Positions 26,604 to 30,649 of a stretch of DNA of 30,649 nucleotides are shown one piece after another. Position 1 is the first letter of the stretch; each line of letters begins with the position of its first letter. Both the position numbers and the translations under genes were made by a program. Origin of the DNA: a virus (taxonomy: Duplodnaviria > Heunggongvirae > Uroviricota > Caudoviricetes); the IMG/VR virus record IMGVR_UViG_2802429244_000003; one strand, given 5' to 3'. The notes under the pieces are model-generated. The model made no database searches. It saw only the letters and a list, made by a program, of their open reading frames with translations, and had not been told where the DNA came from.

Positions 26604-27653
26604 TTACGCCAATACGCCAATTGCCAGCGCACGATCGATAAAACGAAATATCAGCTCCAGCTGGGAGCCATACTTCTTTTCAAATGCCACGGTATCCGCA
26701 TGCAGCTCGTCGTGATGCTTTCTGCACAAAGGCAACACAAAGAGGTCATGCGCTTTTGTACCCATTCCGCCCTGACCATGACCAATCAGGTGATGGGGAT
26801 CGTCAGCTGGCTTACCACAACACGCACACGGCTGTGTCTTCACCCAGCGCGTGTATTTCTCATTTACCCAGCGGCGACGTTTAGGTCGCTTCATGAAAGA
26901 TTCCGGAGACTCCGGATCAACGGCAATGCTGACCTCCGTCTTTTCCTGTGGTGGGTTCTGTTGCTGGTGGGCGTGAGGCGGTAGCACAATATTTTTTGTG
27001 CGCTGCTTCAGTATACTGGTGGCTGTCTGCTCTCCCGGTATGATGTCACTCTCGCGGTAAAGCGAGCGGATTTTTTCAGCACGTAACCCCAGAGAACGAC
27101 GTAATACTGCCTCCGGTAGCGCGTCCGCTACCTGATTGCAGACCGCCCACCAGGATAATTCAGCCAGCGATAATTCCCGCTCCTGCGTGCCATTCATTGC
27201 ATGGCGTATGACGTCAATCATCCATGCTGACAGGTTTTGATGAGCAAGTTGCCCGAGTGATTCGGATGTCTGGTCACGCAGCTGGTTGTCGCAGTGCCAG
27301 CACAACACCATCGCGCCGGTACCGTAACGATGTATGACGATTTCACTGTGATGATAGTCACCATGAGGCCACTGGCAGGATTTGACATGACGCAACAGCC
27401 AGTCAGACAGTGCACCAGCGCCGCCAGCAGCACGAATCACCCGCTCATCGCTGAAAAATGGCAGTAATGATTTATCCTCCGCCAGCGGCTGGCGAACTGC
27501 AGGGACGACTCCGGATGGCAGGCCGCACATGCTTTTTGGTTCCGGCTCCACCAGCACGCGAGGATTATGAAATACCCGCATGGATTCACGGCCCGGTTTT
27601 AGCACCACCAGCCCAAGTTCCGGTACCGGAACAGGTCGAAGTAATACCCGCAC
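26604..27653 (-). CDS. DUF968-domain protein (ydfU-like; Cys/His-rich C-terminus)
   Basis: 349 aa; C-terminal CACCGKPADDPHHLIGHGQGGMGTKAHDLFVLPLCRKHHDELH; immediately upstream of Q, as ydfU is in Qin. Family assignment is from memory. Confidence 0.7.
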   Translation of the reverse strand: MRVLLRPVPVPELGLVVLKPGRESMRVFHNPRVLVEPEPKSMCGLPSGVVPAVRQPLAEDKSLLPFFSDERVIRAAGGAGALSDWLLRHVKSCQWPHGDYHHSEIVIHRYGTGAMVLCWHCDNQLRDQTSESLGQLAHQNLSAWMIDVIRHAMNGTQERELSLAELSWWAVCNQVADALPEAVLRRSLGLRAEKIRSLYRESDIIPGEQTATSILKQRTKNIVLPPHAHQQQNPPQEKTEVSIAVDPESPESFMKRPKRRRWVNEKYTRWVKTQPCACCGKPADDPHHLIGHGQGGMGTKAHDLFVLPLCRKHHDELHADTVAFEKKYGSQLELIFRFIDRALAIGVLA

Positions 27654-27654
27654 G

Positions 27655-27933
27655 TTACCTCCAGATGCGTTGCTGGAATGTGCGGGACGGACGCGGTGGG
27701 CGTTCGGAATAAGGGAGTCTGACGTAGATTATCCAGAGACGATAATCGAGGCTGAGGGCTTTCCTAAACTCATACCCACGTCTGCGGTAGTTCTGAATTA
27801 GCCACTCTGCCTGTTCTTCAGTGCATGGATCATGCTGGAACCAGTCAGATTTGAATGCGTGCGAATGCCGCCCGTGCCTGCTGGCAAAGACGGCGAGATT
27901 ATCAGAATTGTGTGATCTGGAATTTTGCGCCAT
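27655..27933 (-). CDS. Hypothetical protein (92 aa), in the position occupied by rem in the Qin prophage
   Basis: GGAG Shine-Dalgarno 7 nt upstream; stop abuts the start of the DUF968 gene; no recognisable motif. Confidence 0.4.
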   Translation of the reverse strand: MAQNSRSHNSDNLAVFASRHGRHSHAFKSDWFQHDPCTEEQAEWLIQNYRRRGYEFRKALSLDYRLWIIYVRLPYSERPPRPSRTFQQRIWR

Positions 27934-27999
27934 CGGCTTTCTCCGGTGGCACAGTGTTACTCAACAGGGGTTCAGCCCTGCGCTGAATTGTAGATGAAT

Positions 28000-28260
28000 T
28001 CACTCATCTTCAAAAGCAGAAAAACCAGCCTTAATCCCAGCTTCTTTCAGAGACGGCAACGATGTGACAAATTCATTTGCACGCAAAATAAAACCATCCG
28101 TCACAAGCCCATCCACCAAATGAATTAACGCAGCTCCACTCTTCCTTTGTTGAGACTGTAAACATTTAATACGGCAGTGGCTGACAATAGCGCCATTCTC
28201 AACGCGCACAGTATAGAGGCCATCTTCACTAAAAATTTCACGTAATTCTTCGATTTTCAT
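28000..28260 (-). CDS. Hypothetical protein (86 aa)
   Basis: MKIEELREIFSEDGLYTVRVENGAIVSHCRIKC...; AAGGA upstream of the ATG; lies between the hok terminator and the rem-like gene. Confidence 0.4.
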   Translation of the reverse strand: MKIEELREIFSEDGLYTVRVENGAIVSHCRIKCLQSQQRKSGAALIHLVDGLVTDGFILRANEFVTSLPSLKEAGIKAGFSAFEDE

Positions 28261-28380
28261 CAACAGAATCCTTCCAGATAAATAGCACTCCCCTGTTTGG
28301 GGTCCATCCCTCTTCTCCCTGCGCGCTACTTAAGTATTTTTGATTCTATTCCGGCACCGTCCAGAACTTCAAACGCGTTG

Positions 28381-28411
28381 AAAATAAAAACAAAAACCCG
28401 CCGAAGCGGGT
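28381..28411 (-). terminator. Rho-independent terminator of the hok/mok transcript
   Basis: On the minus strand: AACCCGC, TTCG loop, GCGGGTT, then TTTTGTTTTTATTTT; about 70 nt downstream of the hok stop. Confidence 0.6.
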
Positions 28412-28480
28412 TAAGTGCGGGTGCGTTGAGGATGCCTGACACATCAGAGGTGGCGAGGGATTTCTCCCCCGCCTGGTCTC

Positions 28481-28636
28481 TTACTCCTCAGGTTCGTAAG
28501 CTGTGAAGACAGCGACCTCCGTCTGGCCGGTTCGGATTCGTACCTCGCAGAGGTCTTTCCTCGTTACCAGTGCCGTCACTATGACGGTTAAACAGATGAC
28601 GATCAGGGCGATTAACATCGCCTTTTGCTGCTTCAT
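28481..28636 (-). CDS. hok: Hok-family type I toxin (small membrane-depolarising peptide)
   Basis: MKQQKAMLIALIVICLTVIVTALVTRKDLCEVRIRTGQTEVAVFTAYEPEE, matching the Hok/Gef family (HokD-like) as recalled. Confidence 0.9.
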   Translation of the reverse strand: MKQQKAMLIALIVICLTVIVTALVTRKDLCEVRIRTGQTEVAVFTAYEPEE

Positions 28637-28693
28637 AGCCTGCTTCTCCTTGACCTTTCGGTCCGTAAGAGGCAATCTATATGTGACGAGCAT
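28481..28693 (-). CDS. mok: mok, the in-frame upstream reading frame whose translation is coupled to hok
   Basis: 70-codon ORF sharing the hok stop, with a 19-codon N-terminal extension (MLVTYRLPLTDRKVKEKQA) and GAGG upstream; the leader resembles the plasmid R1 hok leader (...CCUCUUAC...CAAGGAGAAG...AUGAA) as recalled. Confidence 0.6.
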   Translation of the reverse strand: MLVTYRLPLTDRKVKEKQAMKQQKAMLIALIVICLTVIVTALVTRKDLCEVRIRTGQTEVAVFTAYEPEE

Positions 28694-28760
28694 ATAGGGG
28701 CCTCACTTCGATTTATAGTCGGGTGGGGCTTTTATCTATCTGCCGTTGGTGTTCATGCCC
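28650..28760 (+). ncRNA. sok: Predicted location of a Sok-like antisense RNA; exact ends not determined
   Basis: Inference from hok/sok architecture: the antisense RNA should be transcribed opposite the mok translation-initiation region. A TTGACC -35-like hexamer sits at 28650..28655, but no convincing -10 element or terminator was found. Confidence 0.25.
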
Positions 28761-28789
28761 GAGGCAGATAGCCTCAAGCACCCGCAGCA

Positions 28790-28817
28790 ATTCTACTTAA
28801 CTCTCCTTTTCCCGCAA
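28790..28817 (-). promoter_or_regulatory. Candidate sigma-70 promoter for the hok/mok mRNA (-35 TTGCGG, 16-nt spacer, -10 TAGAAT)
   Basis: Read on the minus strand about 95 nt upstream of the mok start; the predicted transcript 5' end would lie near a GCUUGAGGC motif resembling the 5' end of R1 hok mRNA as recalled. Confidence 0.45.
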
Positions 28818-28904
28818 ACCGTTTTTATCCCCATCGGCAAATCGAATGCACCACCAGCGCCACCGCCATCGCAATTCCTACCGTAGTGAATGCCTCAGGT
28901 CAGG

Positions 28905-29474
28905 TCATTGATTCACCTCCTGCGGTGGTTCCGGTAGCGGCATCCAGTGAGTTGCTTGCTCAATACCATTACCCGGCTTAATCGTTGCATCTCCGCGCCG
29001 AAAGGTGCTTCCGGTATAGCATGCGGAGCATATTAGCGGTTCAACCAGAGAGCTATCGAAATTCACCGAAATAAGCACGTTCTGGCCCTTTTCAGGCATT
29101 CGATCACTACAGCTTATCCAACTATCCGGAGTTCCCGGAGAGTTGCCATTTACATCGAAGTTTGGCTCTGCGTCCTGAACCAGGAGGATGTAACCATTCT
29201 TGGCTGTATCAAGTTCTAACGCCTCGGTGACGGTGCCGAAATAGCGATTACCTAAATCAGCATCACAAGTGCTTACATCAATGGAAACCTCCATGCCTTC
29301 GATTAATTCTGGCAAGTTGTAAGTTTGGCTTACAGGCTCGGCTTCCAGCGATGTCAGTGCAATTTTGAATAACTCACCCTCTACTCGTGCTACCCCTGAA
29401 TTGGGATGGCATTTCGCAATCGCTATTTTTAATTTGGCTTCTTCGATTAATTGCTCTTTGGTTAATTCAGTCAT
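28905..29474 (-). CDS. DUF551-domain protein
   Basis: 189 aa with C-terminal ...ATHWMPLPEPPQEV, the W-x-P-L-P-E-P-P signature I associate with DUF551 prophage proteins. Confidence 0.65.
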   Translation of the reverse strand: MTELTKEQLIEEAKLKIAIAKCHPNSGVARVEGELFKIALTSLEAEPVSQTYNLPELIEGMEVSIDVSTCDADLGNRYFGTVTEALELDTAKNGYILLVQDAEPNFDVNGNSPGTPDSWISCSDRMPEKGQNVLISVNFDSSLVEPLICSACYTGSTFRRGDATIKPGNGIEQATHWMPLPEPPQEVNQ

Positions 29475-29483
29475 TTTTCATTA

Positions 29484-29505
29484 CCGCCCTTTCGGGCGGC
29501 CTCCT
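29484..29505 (-). promoter_or_regulatory. Structured translation-initiation region: AGGAGG, then a 6-bp GC stem with GAAA tetraloop, then 9 nt, then the ATG of the DUF551 gene
   Basis: Minus-strand AGGAGG CCGCCC GAAA GGGCGG TAATGAAAA ATG; the only strong Shine-Dalgarno is 31 nt from the start codon unless the hairpin folds. Confidence 0.4.
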
Positions 29506-29576
29506 GATGATTTGAGGGTGCAGAAATCCCTCCGGTTAAGGATTAAATTTTATTTACAGAACTGAATTTAATTATT

Positions 29577-29592
29577 CAGATATACGTATCTG
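29577..29592. repeat. Perfect 16-bp palindrome CAGATATACGTATCTG
   Basis: Self-complementary as read; lies in the AT-rich 146-bp spacer between the methyltransferase stop and the DUF551 start. Confidence 0.5.
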
Positions 29593-29620
29593 TAACCTTA
29601 CGAACCTACTCACTGGATGC

Positions 29621-30094
29621 CTATTTCATAAAAATAATCCAGTGGGTTTTATCGTTTTTTTCTGTTCGTTGACCGATAACAGGTTTTCTGTCGGTCAGTA
29701 CCAATATCTGGCGAACAGGTATTTGCGTTTCATTCCATTTAAAAATCAGAGCGCCGTATGGACGCAACACACGAAAGGCTTCTTTAAATCCCTGCCGCAA
29801 ATCATCACGCCAGGTATCTTTATTCAGCCGTCCATATTTCTTTCCCATCCAGGCGTTATCACCAACACGCTCAAGATGCGGAGGGTCGAATATAACCATC
29901 GAAAAAGATGCGTCTGCAAATGGTAGTGCACGAAAATCAGCTATCAGATCAGGACTGATAATCAGGCGTCGTCCATCACACAATGTGTGCTCTTCCTTTC
30001 TGATATCGCTAAATATCGCCCGGTCGTCATTCTTATCGAACCAGAACATGCGACTGCCACAGCACATATCAAGAATGGTTGCCGGTGCACTCAC
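29621..30094 (-). CDS. Small putative SAM-dependent DNA methyltransferase (orphan; DPPH motif)
   Basis: 157 aa; ILDMCCGSRMFWF (motif-I-like Gly-rich SAM site) and VIFDPPHLERVGDNAWMG (a DPP[Y/F/W/H]-type catalytic motif of amino-methyltransferases); start overlaps the upstream stop as ATGA. Confidence 0.55.
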   Translation of the reverse strand: MSAPATILDMCCGSRMFWFDKNDDRAIFSDIRKEEHTLCDGRRLIISPDLIADFRALPFADASFSMVIFDPPHLERVGDNAWMGKKYGRLNKDTWRDDLRQGFKEAFRVLRPYGALIFKWNETQIPVRQILVLTDRKPVIGQRTEKNDKTHWIIFMK

Positions 30095-30513
30095 TGCGCT
30101 ACCTCCTGAAAATTACCCTGATAGAAAGCCAGTACACGCTGCATAGCTTCGCTCTTCCGGCACTCGCGACAGATTATATTCAGGCGCCTGTCGTAGCGGC
30201 GTATTTCTCCGTCTGGTAATGACCAGATAAGGTCAGGATCAACCACAACCGTTTTTTTCACCTTTGCCCTGGATAATTTTTTGCGGGCGTTTTGCCAATC
30301 CTTACGGGCCTGTTCAGACGGAAATAACCCGTAACCAGAGTTGTATACATCGCCACTGGCAACCAGCTCTCTGGCGAGAACGCTCATCAGATATCTTGTC
30401 GCACCTGTCTTGGCTTCCAGTTGCCGTAACGTCTCGCGCCCACTCCGGCGTACCAGCTCAACAACCTGCCCTTTAATTTTTTCCCGCTCTTCTTGTGTAA
30501 ATACTTTTGCCAT
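30091..30513 (-). CDS. Hypothetical nin-region protein (141 aa)
   Basis: From MAKVFTQEEREKIKGQVVELVRRSGRETLRQLEAKTGATRY...; GGAGG 5 nt upstream; contains a C-terminal CRECRK; translationally coupled to the methyltransferase gene. Confidence 0.5.
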   Translation of the reverse strand: MAKVFTQEEREKIKGQVVELVRRSGRETLRQLEAKTGATRYLMSVLARELVASGDVYNSGYGLFPSEQARKDWQNARKKLSRAKVKKTVVVDPDLIWSLPDGEIRRYDRRLNIICRECRKSEAMQRVLAFYQGNFQEVAQ

Positions 30514-30528
30514 AAGCGCCTCCGGCAA

Positions 30529-30649
30529 TCACTTTTCCGATACAACACGGCGGGAAGAATCAGTAATCTGTCGAACAATATCCCGGTGCTTGTTCAGCTC
30601 CCGCAGCGCGGCGCAGACACGCTCCCACTTCTGGACATGATTTTTCGCC
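30529..30649 (-). CDS. 3' end of a hypothetical gene that continues past the right edge of the window
   Basis: Open minus-strand frame from the window edge reading ...AKNHVQKWERVCAALRELNKHRDIVRQITDSSRRVVSEK, with its stop 5 nt before the Shine-Dalgarno of the next gene. Confidence 0.35.
   Translation of the reverse strand, partial: AKNHVQKWERVCAALRELNKHRDIVRQITDSSRRVVSEK

Larger units (their letters stand above)
1..30649. mobile_element. Lambdoid prophage late region (nin-like region through Q, lysis, cos, terminase, head, tail, lom, start of stf); no integrase or attachment site inside the window
   Basis: Gene order and protein sequences are syntenic with phage lambda late genes; almost all coding on the minus strand; cos-like site lies between the lysis genes and the terminase small subunit. 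Confidence 0.9.

Noticed and set aside
28640-29480. relB/relE antitoxin-toxin genes upstream of hok, as in the Qin relBEF operon
   Set aside because: No RelE-like or RelB-like reading frame is present; the upstream gene is a DUF551 protein, so this hok copy is a stand-alone hok/mok locus.
1-30649. CRISPR arrays, integrase or attachment sites, insertion sequence elements
   Set aside because: No regularly spaced direct repeats, no tyrosine recombinase-like ORF, and no terminal inverted repeats flanking a transposase-like ORF were seen; the window appears to be wholly internal to the prophage.

Overview
This window is the late region of a lambda-like (lambdoid) prophage of an Enterobacteriaceae host, E. 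coli-type, with essentially every major gene on the minus strand. Reading in the direction of transcription (high to low coordinates): a nin-like region (hypothetical genes, small orphan DNA methyltransferase, DUF551 protein, a hok/mok type I toxin locus, DUF968 protein), the late antiterminator Q, an AT-rich accessory island with a divergent cspB/cspF cold-shock pair, a mosaic lysis cassette (phage-21-type pinholin, lysozyme, lambda-type Rz/Rz1), the cos site, terminase small and large subunits, head genes (W-like connector, portal, protease-capsid fusion, DUF2190, FII), the full lambda tail set (Z, U, V, G/GT, H, M, L, K, I, J), then lom and the start of stf. All morphogenetic ORFs are intact and tightly coupled, so this looks like a functional virion module rather than a decayed remnant. 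The parts most worth a second look are not the structural genes but three accessory loci: (1) a two-gene insertion between holin and endolysin, (2) the AT-rich island between Q and the csp genes, which holds several small ORFs, a perfect inverted repeat and multiple terminators, and (3) the hok/mok locus and orphan methyltransferase upstream of Q. Identifications rest on reading the translated ORFs against remembered protein families; no database search was run. Coordinates for hairpins and promoters were counted by hand and may be off by a few bases.
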